A stretch of DNA of 64,000 nt from a bacterium (lineage in GTDB: Archaea; Thermoplasmatota; E2; JACPAO01; JAHFTW01): positions 262,718 through 326,717 of the forward strand of contig JAZJZE010000001.1 of assembly GCA_040390065.1 (NCBI GenBank). Direction: 5' to 3'. Position 1 is the first letter of the stretch. The number at the start of each line of letters is the position of its first letter. Shown here piece after piece: positions 39,083-47,741 of this stretch. The notes below the pieces were generated by a model. The model was not told where the DNA came from, searched no databases, and saw nothing but the letters and a program-made list of their open reading frames with translations. The position numbers and the translations under genes are program-made.

Positions 39083-39769
39083 ATGGTGTACAAGCGCCTT
39101 GATCCCTTTGGGAACCCCAACGTGGGCGTCTACGTCCGGGCGACGAGCACACACCTGTTCGTCCCCAAGGGCATCACGGACCTCAACATCGCCGACCTCG
39201 AGGAGGCATTGGGCCTCAAGGCCATCCGTGCCTCCGTCGGTGGTGCCGAACTGATCGGCTCGCTGGTCGTCGCCAACAAGAACGGCTGCGTCGTCGCCGA
39301 CTTCGCGAGCGACCGCGAAGTGCAGGTCTTCGAGAAGGCCGGCCTCAAGGTCGCGCGCCTTGCGCTGTCCCGCCTGAACGCGGCCGGCAACAACATCCTC
39401 GCCAACGACCACGGCGCCATCGCGCACCCGGACATGCCCGTCAAGACGTTGGCTGCCATCGAGAAAGCCCTCGACGTCCCCGTGGCGCACGCGGCCGTCG
39501 CTGGCTTGCCGACGGTCGGTTCTGCGGCGTACGCCACGAACCGCGGCGTGCTCTGCCACCCGCTCGCCAGCGCCGCCGAACTTGCGTTTATCAAGAAGTG
39601 CCTGCATGCGCCGGCAAGGATCGGGACCGTCAACCACGGCCATGGCCTGGTGGGCGCCGGACTTGCCGCGAACCAGAACGGTGTGGCGTGCGGATCGCGC
39701 ACGACCGGCATCGAGCTGGGCCGCATCGACGAGGCCCTCGGGTTCCTAGAATCGGACGTGAAACCATGA
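39083..39769 (+). CDS. eif6: Translation initiation factor 6
   Basis: GNPNVGVY, AGNNILAND, GTVNHG, TTGIEL. Confidence 0.95.
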   Translation: MVYKRLDPFGNPNVGVYVRATSTHLFVPKGITDLNIADLEEALGLKAIRASVGGAELIGSLVVANKNGCVVADFASDREVQVFEKAGLKVARLALSRLNAAGNNILANDHGAIAHPDMPVKTLAAIEKALDVPVAHAAVAGLPTVGSAAYATNRGVLCHPLASAAELAFIKKCLHAPARIGTVNHGHGLVGAGLAANQNGVACGSRTTGIELGRIDEALGFLESDVKP

Positions 39770-39996
39770 CGAAGCCATACCAGATCGAGGGAGATTTCCA
39801 GATGGGACGCATCCGCCAGCACTTCGTGCTCCAGGTCGTCGCCAAGGATGAACAGGCCGCCAAGGACCGCGTCTATGCGACCCTCGGCTCGCGCCATGGC
39901 GTGAACCGCCGTGAGATCAACGTGCTGTCCGCCAAGCTCCTGAAGCCGGACGACGTGACGGACGCCACCGCCCGCCACAACATGAAGGCGAAGTAG
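39766..39996 (+). CDS. rpl18a: 50S ribosomal protein L18Ae/LX (eL20)
   Basis: YATLGSRHGVNRREI. Confidence 0.92.
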   Translation: MTKPYQIEGDFQMGRIRQHFVLQVVAKDEQAAKDRVYATLGSRHGVNRREINVLSAKLLKPDDVTDATARHNMKAK

Positions 39997-40424
39997 TGCC
40001 TGGCGACGGCACGGCGGACGACCCGCGCCAACTCCTGGCGCAGCGCGACATCGTGCAAGTCGAACTGCAGCGCATGGAGCGCCGCATGGCCGCCATCGAG
40101 GAAGCCATGATGGAGGCGCAGCGAGCCATCGCGACGGTGCGCGGACTTGCCGAAGCCGGCGGCGGCACCCACGACCTCCTCGTCCCCGTCGGCGCCGGCG
40201 TGCACGTCAAGGCCCAAGCCAAGGGCGGCGCAACCATTCTCCTTCCCCTCGGCGCAGGACTTCTCACCGAAGGCAAACCCGAGGACGTCATCGCCGCCCT
40301 CGAAGAACGCGTCAAGGGCATCAATCGCAGCTTCGACGAAGCCTCGGAGCAAGCCGAGCAACTCACCAACGCCGCCGCCGTCATCGAAGAGAAACTTGGC
40401 GGCGCTGGCCCAGGCGAGAACTAG
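39996..40424 (+). CDS. pfdA: Prefoldin alpha subunit
   Basis: Coiled coils flanking LLVPVGAG..LPLGAG; synteny. Confidence 0.9.
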   Translation: MPGDGTADDPRQLLAQRDIVQVELQRMERRMAAIEEAMMEAQRAIATVRGLAEAGGGTHDLLVPVGAGVHVKAQAKGGATILLPLGAGLLTEGKPEDVIAALEERVKGINRSFDEASEQAEQLTNAAAVIEEKLGGAGPGEN

Positions 40425-40427
40425 AAG

Positions 40428-40455
40428 GTGCGCCTGACGGGAATCGAACTCGTTC
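40428..40455 (-). repeat. 28-bp duplicate (1 mismatch) of the tRNA-Gly 3' end
   Basis: GTGCGCCTGACGGGAATCGAAC(T/C)CGTTC vs 40590-40617. Confidence 0.85.
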
Positions 40456-40590
40456 TGCGGCCCGGTGCTGCGCACCGGCCCGTCGCCAAGCCGCGGCTGC
40501 GCGTCGCGGCGGGCTGAACGGGTTCGCTTCCCAGCCAGTGCCCTGCCGCGTGGCGGCCGGCCGCTTCGCGGCGCCTTCGCCTGCGGGTAG

Positions 40591-40661
40591 TGCGCCTGAC
40601 GGGAATCGAACCCGTTCAAGCAGCTTGGGAAGCTGCTGTCATACCATTAGACCACAGGCGC
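40591..40661 (-). tRNA. tRNA-Gly (CCC)
   Basis: GCGCCTG..GCAGC-TTCCCAA-GCTGC..GGTTCGATTCC..CAGGCGCA. Confidence 0.95.
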
Positions 40662-40796
40662 GCAGGGCCGTCGAGGAAGGAGGGCTACAAGAGCGAAATG
40701 GTCGCCGGTCTGGCGCCGGTGCAATCCCAACCATGACGGGGGCTATCTTGACGTTGGACTCCCAACCTTCATGACCCGCGGCGCGACTTGGCCGGC

Positions 40797-41330
40797 ATGC
40801 AGGGCCGTCGTGGCGCCATTCTCGCGGTGGCCGCGGCACTGTTGCTGGTGGCCGTCGAGGCCGTGAGCTGGATCCTGCCGGGGGGCGAACGCCGCGACCT
40901 GCGTCTCTTGCTGGACCTAGTGCTCGCGCTGCCCGCCTGCGCCCTGGCCGTCTTTTATTTGGCCTTCCGCGAGAGTAGCCTGCCGCTGTCCGTCGTTGCG
41001 TTGGCGGTCGCGACGTTCGGCTTCTATGGTTTGGGCACCATCTACGACTTCACCGCGAAGGGCAATGCAGGCTCGCCGCTCGACTTGTGGTTAGCCGTGC
41101 ACGCCGTCGGCGCCGTCGGGATGGCCCTCATCGGCTGGAACCTGGCATCGCTGGGTCGGGCGCTGGCTTGGACGACGGCCGTCGGATTTGTGGCGCTGGT
41201 CTTCTGGCAGACGCACGTGCTGCTGTCGGCGACGTGGTTCCTCGCTTCGCTTTGGCTGGCGTTGTCGCCGCAGTGGCTCCGGGCCCCAGGTCCTGCTGCC
41301 TCGGCCCGCGAGCCTGCAACCGCTGGATAG
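40797..41330 (+). CDS. Multi-pass membrane protein
   Basis: About 6 hydrophobic segments. Confidence 0.6.
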   Translation: MQGRRGAILAVAAALLLVAVEAVSWILPGGERRDLRLLLDLVLALPACALAVFYLAFRESSLPLSVVALAVATFGFYGLGTIYDFTAKGNAGSPLDLWLAVHAVGAVGMALIGWNLASLGRALAWTTAVGFVALVFWQTHVLLSATWFLASLWLALSPQWLRAPGPAASAREPATAG

Positions 41331-41380
41331 CCAAGCGGTTTCACCGGCAAGACTATCGCGGTCCGGAGCGCGCTCGGGGC

Positions 41381-41902
41381 ATGCAAGCCCGGGGAATCTA
41401 CGCCCTCCTGCTGGCCGCCTGCATCGCCGGCTGGATCTTCTCGTTCTGGGCAGGACTCCCAATCCAGCTGGTCTTCCTGCTTGGGGCGGTCGCCTCGCTC
41501 TTCGCCCTGGCGGCGACGGAGCACCAGGACCGGCAGGGTTGGTACTTGGGCCGCTCCGGCGTCTTCGGTCTGCTCAGCGCGTTCGGTCTCTTGATGGGGC
41601 CGTTTGCACCCTTGGCCCTGGTCCTCGTGATCCCTTCGCTTTGGTGGCTCGGCCAGTGGCTGTGGCACGCGTCGGCGGCTGCGGGCGGCAACGTCCTGCG
41701 CTACGGCGTCGCATCGGCCCTTTGCGTCGTGCTGTTCTTCGTGCTTGCCGCCGTGGCGCACAATCGCTTGGTCGGCGTCTACGCGCGCGCACTCGGCATC
41801 CCGCTGGCCATTGTTGCACCGTTCCTGTTCCTCGCATGGGCCTACCAACTGGGCCGCGCCCACATCGTCGGGACTACTGCCCGCCCCGCCACCCTCATGT
41901 AG
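41381..41902 (+). CDS. Multi-pass membrane protein
   Basis: About 6 hydrophobic segments. Confidence 0.6.
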   Translation: MQARGIYALLLAACIAGWIFSFWAGLPIQLVFLLGAVASLFALAATEHQDRQGWYLGRSGVFGLLSAFGLLMGPFAPLALVLVIPSLWWLGQWLWHASAAAGGNVLRYGVASALCVVLFFVLAAVAHNRLVGVYARALGIPLAIVAPFLFLAWAYQLGRAHIVGTTARPATLM

Positions 41903-41923
41903 AGCCCCCTCCTGGCGCGGCGC

Positions 41924-43315
41924 GTGGCCCTCTTCCGCTCCCTCCGCGACAAGCTGAAAGGCGTGTCGAAGAAGCTGGAGAGCGAAGTCGAGAAACAGCT
42001 CGGCGACGAGGTCGAACGCGAACTCGCCGCAGCCATGGCGAAGGACAAGGCGAAGGCCGCCGCGACAGCCCCCACCCAACCGCCGACGCCGCCGGTGGCG
42101 CCGGTGCCGGCGAAAGCGGAACCCGCCCGCGCGCCTGAGTCCGTCCCCTCGACCCCGCCAGCCCCAACCCCTGTGCCGGCCCCCGCCGCATTGCCGGCGA
42201 CGCCATGGCCCGCGATGGAATCGGCCGCACCGGCGCCATCGGTGGTTCCGGCGCCGCTTCCGGTCGCCCCCGCCCCGTCCCCCGCTCCAAAGCCGCAGCC
42301 ACCGCAACCTCCGCCGCAGGCCGGCCGCAAGCTCCTCACGGAGGACGAGATCTCGGCACGCCTCGAGCGCGAACTGTCGCAGGCGGTCGCCGTGCAGAGG
42401 TCCGTCGAGACGACCGTGCAGCAAGTCGCGCCGGCTGCGTCCCGCTTCACCATCAACGAGGACGTCCTGGAGGAAGTGCTGTGGGACCTGGAGGTCGGCC
42501 TCTTGGAATCCGACGTGGCGCTCCCCGTCATCGAGGCCATCAAGGGCGACGTCAAGGAGCAGCTTCTGTCGCTGAGCGTCAGCGGCAACGCCGAGCAGGT
42601 CGTGGAGCGCGTCCTGCGCACGGCCATCAAGCACGTCCTGCAAGTGAACCCCCTCAACTTCGACACGTTCGTCCGGGACAAGCTCGCCGCTGGCAAGCGC
42701 CCCGTCGTCATCATGTTCGTGGGCGTCAACGGCACGGGCAAGACGACGTCCATCGGCCGCGTTGCCTACCGCCTCAAGCAGCAGGGCATCTCGTGTTGCC
42801 TTGCCGCGGGCGATACGTTCCGCGCCGGCGCCATCGAGCAGTTGAGCCTGCACGGCGAACGCCTCGGCGTCACGGTCATCCAGCACAAGGCGGGCGCGGA
42901 CCCGGCCGCCGTCGCGTACGACGCAATCGAGCACGCCAAGGCGCGCAAGAAGGACGTCGTGCTCCTCGACACCGCGGGCCGCATGCAGAACAACAACAAT
43001 TTGATGGACGAGATGGATAAAATCCGTCGCGTCGCGAATCCGGACCTGTGCATCTTCGTCGGCGACTCCCTGGCCGGCAACGACGCCGTCGAGCAGGCGC
43101 GCAAGTTCGACGAGATCGTCGACGTCGGCGGCGTCATCCTCACCAAGGTCGACGTCGACGCCAAGGGCGGCGCCGCACTTTCGGTCGCGTACACCATCAA
43201 CAAGCCGCTGCTGTTCGTCGGCGTCGGCCAGAATTACCCCGACTTGAAGCCGTTCGACGCGGACTGGCTCGTCAACCGCTTGTTCGGGGACGAAGAGGAA
43301 GTCCCTGCACCCTAG
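41924..43315 (+). CDS. ftsY: SRP receptor FtsY with Pro/Ala-rich N-terminal region
   Basis: GVNGTGKTT, DTFRAGA, DTAGR, TKVD..AKGG, GVGQ. Confidence 0.96.
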   Translation: MALFRSLRDKLKGVSKKLESEVEKQLGDEVERELAAAMAKDKAKAAATAPTQPPTPPVAPVPAKAEPARAPESVPSTPPAPTPVPAPAALPATPWPAMESAAPAPSVVPAPLPVAPAPSPAPKPQPPQPPPQAGRKLLTEDEISARLERELSQAVAVQRSVETTVQQVAPAASRFTINEDVLEEVLWDLEVGLLESDVALPVIEAIKGDVKEQLLSLSVSGNAEQVVERVLRTAIKHVLQVNPLNFDTFVRDKLAAGKRPVVIMFVGVNGTGKTTSIGRVAYRLKQQGISCCLAAGDTFRAGAIEQLSLHGERLGVTVIQHKAGADPAAVAYDAIEHAKARKKDVVLLDTAGRMQNNNNLMDEMDKIRRVANPDLCIFVGDSLAGNDAVEQARKFDEIVDVGGVILTKVDVDAKGGAALSVAYTINKPLLFVGVGQNYPDLKPFDADWLVNRLFGDEEEVPAP

Positions 43316-43335
43316 TTCGCTTCGAGGTATTCGCG

Positions 43336-43437
43336 CATCGGTTTCATCTGTTCCATCCGTTGACGGCCGGCGCCTCTTGTCAACAGATGCAACAGATGAC
43401 GGTCGGAAGTTCGGTTGTTTCTGTTGTTTCGGTTGAC
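43336..43437. repeat. 9-nt periodic inverted-repeat element
   Basis: CATCGGTTT-CATCTGTTC-CATCCGTTGAC / GT-CAACAGATG-CAACAGATG / TTCGGTTGT-TTCTGTTGT-TTCGGTTGAC. Confidence 0.75.
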
Positions 43438-43482
43438 GCGGAGACGGGCAATGCCTTTCAACAACCCTCGGGATGGCCGCGC

Positions 43483-44298
43483 ATGCTCCTGGCACCGCGC
43501 ATCCTGGCCGCCCTCGCCGTCGTCCTGCTGCTCGCGCACGCTGCCGCCGCCGGCACCGACAAGGACCCGGAGATCGTCGACGACCAGAACGACCAGAAGG
43601 TCACCGCCAACGGCTCGCCGACGCCGGTGGGGACGTGCGCGGCGGCCCCGCCGACCGGTTGCATCTACATCCCCGCCGACATCTGGACGGCCTGGATCGA
43701 GGAGACGCCGAACAGCCTGATGGTGAACATCAACCTGGCGCAAGCCCCGCCGTCGACTTTCGGCGACATTTCGTACGGCATCAACTTCAACGCGGGAACC
43801 ACGCTGTACGTGGCGAGCGCGACGGTGCATCAGGTCTCGCCAGCGGGCGACGGCCAGACCGTCCCGGGCGGCGTTGCGACCGCGGCGGAACTCGGCGGGA
43901 CCGTTCTCACGCTGACGGTCCCGAAGACCAACATCCCCGCCGCCCTGCCCGGCACGAACCTCACGCAGATCGTGGCCGCATCCCTCGGCACCGGCGGCCA
44001 GAGCGGCCAGGAGACCGTGAGCGACCGCGCCCCCTCCACCGCCTACGGACGCGAATTCAGGATGGCGCCGGCGGCGTCGAACACGACGGGCCCGGGCGGC
44101 AACCCTCCGGCAACCGGAAACACGACCACGAGCCACCCGCCGCCCATCACGGTCGGGACCCCGCCGCCGCCCGGCACCACGGGCCAGCCCAGCACCGGGG
44201 ACGACGGCACCAAGACCTCCCCCCTGGGCCTCCACGATGCGTTGTTCGCCATCCTGACGGTCGCGGCCTTCACCCGGCTGCGGCGTCCGCTCCTGTAG
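43483..44298 (+). CDS. Secreted surface protein with Pro/Thr linker and C-terminal sorting-like signal
   Basis: Signal peptide; N-domain paralogous to next gene; KTSPLG-TM-RLRR. Confidence 0.75.
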   Translation: MLLAPRILAALAVVLLLAHAAAAGTDKDPEIVDDQNDQKVTANGSPTPVGTCAAAPPTGCIYIPADIWTAWIEETPNSLMVNINLAQAPPSTFGDISYGINFNAGTTLYVASATVHQVSPAGDGQTVPGGVATAAELGGTVLTLTVPKTNIPAALPGTNLTQIVAASLGTGGQSGQETVSDRAPSTAYGREFRMAPAASNTTGPGGNPPATGNTTTSHPPPITVGTPPPPGTTGQPSTGDDGTKTSPLGLHDALFAILTVAAFTRLRRPLL

Positions 44299-44361
44299 GG
44301 CGGCCGGGAAAACATCCATGAAGGCTTTAAAACGGAAATAGCCTCAAGGTGCCCGGTTCCC

Positions 44362-45447
44362 ATGAAGCGCACCTCCGCAGCGCTGCTTACTGCCGCCTTG
44401 GTCTTCCTGTCCGCGCTCGCCGCGCACCCGGCGGCTGCCGGGACTGAGGCGGTGCCGGAAATCACGGATCCGGCAAACGATATCGTCCTGACGCCGGCGG
44501 GCACAGCCACCGCCGCGTCCTGCATTCCATCGGCGACAATGCAGCCCTGCCCGCAGTGGACTCGCATGGACACCGTCGCCGCGTGGATTGACAATGAGAC
44601 CGCCACGCTGTTCCACGCAAACATCAAGGTCAGCGGCGACCCGTCGTCGGGCGCCACCGGGTATTCCTGGTCCCTTGCCTTCCATATGAAGTTCAATGGA
44701 ACAGACTTCATCGCCTCGGCTTCTGCCGTTGGGGGCCAAACGGTGGGTGCGCCCACGGCGGGCGGCGTGGCCACGGCTGCAACTGTGGCGGGCAGCATTG
44801 TGACTCTGACGGTTCCAAAGGCCGCCCTGGCGCCGGCGCTGGGATCTGGTGCCAGGTTGACCGACTTGTACGTCATCGGGAATGCCATGACGCCGCCCCC
44901 CAGTCCGTCGCCCGGCGTGGTCCTCACCACCGACCGCGCCCCTGACGGCACGGCGTTCGGTACGCCCTACAACTTCACCATGACGGGCGGCAACATCACC
45001 GCCGGAGGCGCCGACTCCGATGCGGACGGCCTCAACGACACGTTCGAGCAGCAGTACTTCGGCAACCTGAACGAGACGGCTTCCGGCGACAAAGACGCAG
45101 ACGGCCTCACCAACTCGCAGGAGCAAGCCCTCGGCACGGACCCGACGAAGCCCGACACGGACGGCGACGGCTTCAACGACGGCGCCGAAGTCGCAGCGGG
45201 GACCAACCCCAAGGACGCATCGAGCCACCCGCCCGTTGCGCCACCGCCTCCGCCCCCCCCCGGCCCGCAACCGCCGCCTCCCCCGCCTCCTGGCCCCAAC
45301 CCCGATGACACGTCCGGAGCCGCCACGAGTCGCAGCGCCGTGGACAAGCTGACGGGCGACCCGCAGTACCTCGGCGTGGCCGGCGGCGGCGCGCTTCTCG
45401 TCATCGTGCTCTCGCTCATCGGCCGCTTCGGGAGGTGGGGCCTTTGA
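44362..45447 (+). CDS. Secreted surface protein with DxDxDG Ca-binding repeats, poly-Pro stalk and TM anchor
   Basis: DSDADGLND, DKDADGLTN, GTDPTKPDTDGDGFNDGAEV; TTTAAAA about 30 bp upstream. Confidence 0.8.
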   Translation: MKRTSAALLTAALVFLSALAAHPAAAGTEAVPEITDPANDIVLTPAGTATAASCIPSATMQPCPQWTRMDTVAAWIDNETATLFHANIKVSGDPSSGATGYSWSLAFHMKFNGTDFIASASAVGGQTVGAPTAGGVATAATVAGSIVTLTVPKAALAPALGSGARLTDLYVIGNAMTPPPSPSPGVVLTTDRAPDGTAFGTPYNFTMTGGNITAGGADSDADGLNDTFEQQYFGNLNETASGDKDADGLTNSQEQALGTDPTKPDTDGDGFNDGAEVAAGTNPKDASSHPPVAPPPPPPPGPQPPPPPPPGPNPDDTSGAATSRSAVDKLTGDPQYLGVAGGGALLVIVLSLIGRFGRWGL

Positions 45448-46226
45448 CGCCTGACCTCGAGCTCGAGCAGGAAGCCCGCGTAAGCAAGAAGACGGTCTAC
45501 GAGTACGAACCACCGCTCGAGCCTGGCCAGACCAAGACGACGGAGAAGACGACGACGACGAAACACAGCCACCTGCGCGCCAACGTCAAGCGCCGCCGCG
45601 GCCTGTACGCGCTCATCATCTTCCTGGCGCTGGTTGCCATCGCCGTCGCCATCGTCGACATCCTCGTCCTGCGCGGCGACAAGGACCCGGCCACGCTGGC
45701 AAGCAGCGACCGAACGATCGAGTACGCGGTCTACGGCATCCTGGCCTTGCTCTTCATCTGGGCCATCATCCTGTTCCTGTCGCGCCGCAGCGGCGACGAG
45801 CAGACCACCGTCGAGACCACGACGGAGACCGTCGAGGAGATGCGCGCCCGCCTCGAACTCGAGCGCTCGCTCATGCAATGCCCCGACTGCAAATCGGTCT
45901 TCCAGTTCGGCGAAGCGCACTTCCGCGACAACAAGCGCACCGCGTTCAGCTGCCCGGTCTGCGGCGTCTACAGCCGGCTGCCCGACCCGGCCATGGAGCC
46001 GGTCAAGGTCCTGCGCCCGGAAGGCGAGTTCAAGGAACTGCAGTACCACTGCACGAACTGCGACGAGGACCTCGCCGTCGGAACCTTCGGCGAGACGCCG
46101 CTGCATCTGGTGCGGTTCCGCGCCTGCCCGAGCTGCGGCGAACGCGGCTTCATCGAGCGCATCGGCAGCGTCCCCCCCATGGGCGTCGGCCCCGCGCCGG
46201 ACGACGGCGGCTTCACCGCGGCCTAG
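45444..46226 (+). CDS. 2-TM membrane protein with double zinc ribbon
   Basis: GGAGGTG before TTG; CPDC, CPVC, CTNC, CPSC. Confidence 0.8.
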   Translation: MTPDLELEQEARVSKKTVYEYEPPLEPGQTKTTEKTTTTKHSHLRANVKRRRGLYALIIFLALVAIAVAIVDILVLRGDKDPATLASSDRTIEYAVYGILALLFIWAIILFLSRRSGDEQTTVETTTETVEEMRARLELERSLMQCPDCKSVFQFGEAHFRDNKRTAFSCPVCGVYSRLPDPAMEPVKVLRPEGEFKELQYHCTNCDEDLAVGTFGETPLHLVRFRACPSCGERGFIERIGSVPPMGVGPAPDDGGFTAA

Positions 46227-46228
46227 GC

Positions 46229-46621
46229 ATGAAGTATCTCATTGTGGACAACGCCCAAGCGGTCCGCATGGTGCTGGCCCGGCACATCCTCGAGCACGAG
46301 CACGTCGCTGAGATCAAGGAGGCCGAGTCTGGCAAGGAGGCCCTGGCCTTGATTTCGACGTGGCGCCCGAACGTCATCTTCACCGGCATGGGCTTGGCCA
46401 ACGGGGAGAAAGGCCTGCCCTTCGTCGACGCGGTCCTGCGCCGGGATCCGACGCAAACCATCATCCTGTGCACGAGCATGCCGCTCGCCCACCCCGACGT
46501 GGCGGAGGCGTTGAGCCTCGGGGCGTTTGCACACATGCCCAAGCCAGTGCGCGCCGACGCCGTCCACCACGTGCTCAACGATTTCGCGATGGAACGTGGC
46601 GGATTGCGCCGGGTGAAGTGA
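46229..46621 (+). CDS. Atypical stand-alone receiver domain
   Basis: LIVDN..AESGKEAL..RPNVIFTG..LGAFAHMPKP; phospho-acceptor Asp position is Gly. Confidence 0.8.
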   Translation: MKYLIVDNAQAVRMVLARHILEHEHVAEIKEAESGKEALALISTWRPNVIFTGMGLANGEKGLPFVDAVLRRDPTQTIILCTSMPLAHPDVAEALSLGAFAHMPKPVRADAVHHVLNDFAMERGGLRRVK

Positions 46622-46631
46622 AGGGCTTGGC

Positions 46632-47693
46632 ATGACGGACTTCTCCACTGCACTGCGTGCGTCGGTCCTCTTCGTGGGCTGGCCGGGCATGGTCGTCGTG
46701 TCGGCTTTCGTGGTGTGGAACTCGTGGCGGTTCTACCAACGGGTGCAGCGTTCCGCCTTTGGCCGCCTTGTCCTTCTGATGGTCACCGGGTGGACGCTGA
46801 CGATGGGCGTTCTGGCCCTCGTGGGGACGCTCGCCCTTCAGCAGGACCCGCTCGGGGCCGGGGCCTGGGCGGCGGCGTTTCTGGCGTTCTGGGCGGCCAC
46901 GATGACGATGATTGTCTGGATTGTCCATCGCTGGGGGTCCGAGGCGGTCACAATCAACCTCTACTATGCCGAGTTGGCCAGCATGGACCGCATCAAGAGT
47001 CAACTCATTAACACCGTGGCGCACGAAATCAACACGCCACTGACGCCGATTCTGCTCAAGTTTTCCCTGCTGCGAAAGGGGACCTTCGGGCCGCTGTCCA
47101 AGGAGCAGGAAGCGGCGGTCGTGGCCATCGAGCGCAACCTCGGTCGCCTTCAGGTGCTGGTGGAGCAGGTGGTCCTCGCCATGCAGATCCAGACTGGACG
47201 GGTTCGGCTGGCCGTGGCCTCGACGGCGGTGGGTCCCTGGGTCGAGGCGATTGCCGGCCCTTTTGCGGCTCAGGCAGCCGCGGACGGCTGCAGTCTGTCG
47301 GTGTCCAGCGCCAACGGGCAGGTGGTCATGGATCCCGAGCGCATGGGGCGCGTGCTTGCGTCGTTCCTGTCCAACGCCCTACGGCACGGCGGGTCCGGTG
47401 TCCACGTCGCGTTGCACGCGGCCGTGTCCGCAACCGAGATGACGGTGGAGGTCCGCGACGATGGAGCGGGTTTCACGCCAGAGCAGGGCGCGGTCCTTTT
47501 CGAGCCATTCCGGCACGCACGGGACCCGGGGCACGACGTTCAGGCGGGGGCGGGGTTGAGCCTGTTCCTGGCGCGCGGCATCGTCGGGCTGCACCATGGC
47601 CGCACATGGGCATCTTCGGCAGGGCTCGGCAAGGGCGCCACGTTCGGCTTTGCCATCCCGTTGCGCGCCAGCGCGGGTTCCGCACCTCGATGA
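46632..47693 (+). CDS. Membrane sensor histidine kinase
   Basis: 3 TM, AHEINTPL, LSNALRH, DDGAGF, LFEPF, GAGLSL. Confidence 0.9.
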   Translation: MTDFSTALRASVLFVGWPGMVVVSAFVVWNSWRFYQRVQRSAFGRLVLLMVTGWTLTMGVLALVGTLALQQDPLGAGAWAAAFLAFWAATMTMIVWIVHRWGSEAVTINLYYAELASMDRIKSQLINTVAHEINTPLTPILLKFSLLRKGTFGPLSKEQEAAVVAIERNLGRLQVLVEQVVLAMQIQTGRVRLAVASTAVGPWVEAIAGPFAAQAAADGCSLSVSSANGQVVMDPERMGRVLASFLSNALRHGGSGVHVALHAAVSATEMTVEVRDDGAGFTPEQGAVLFEPFRHARDPGHDVQAGAGLSLFLARGIVGLHHGRTWASSAGLGKGATFGFAIPLRASAGSAPR

Positions 47694-47741
47694 CTTGCGC
47701 CAGCGTGGCCGGGGGTGGCCCTTGCGCGGCCTCTACTGTCG

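Noticed and set aside
41042-43495. 817-aa minus-strand ORF
   Set aside because: Antisense to ftsY and two membrane protein genes.
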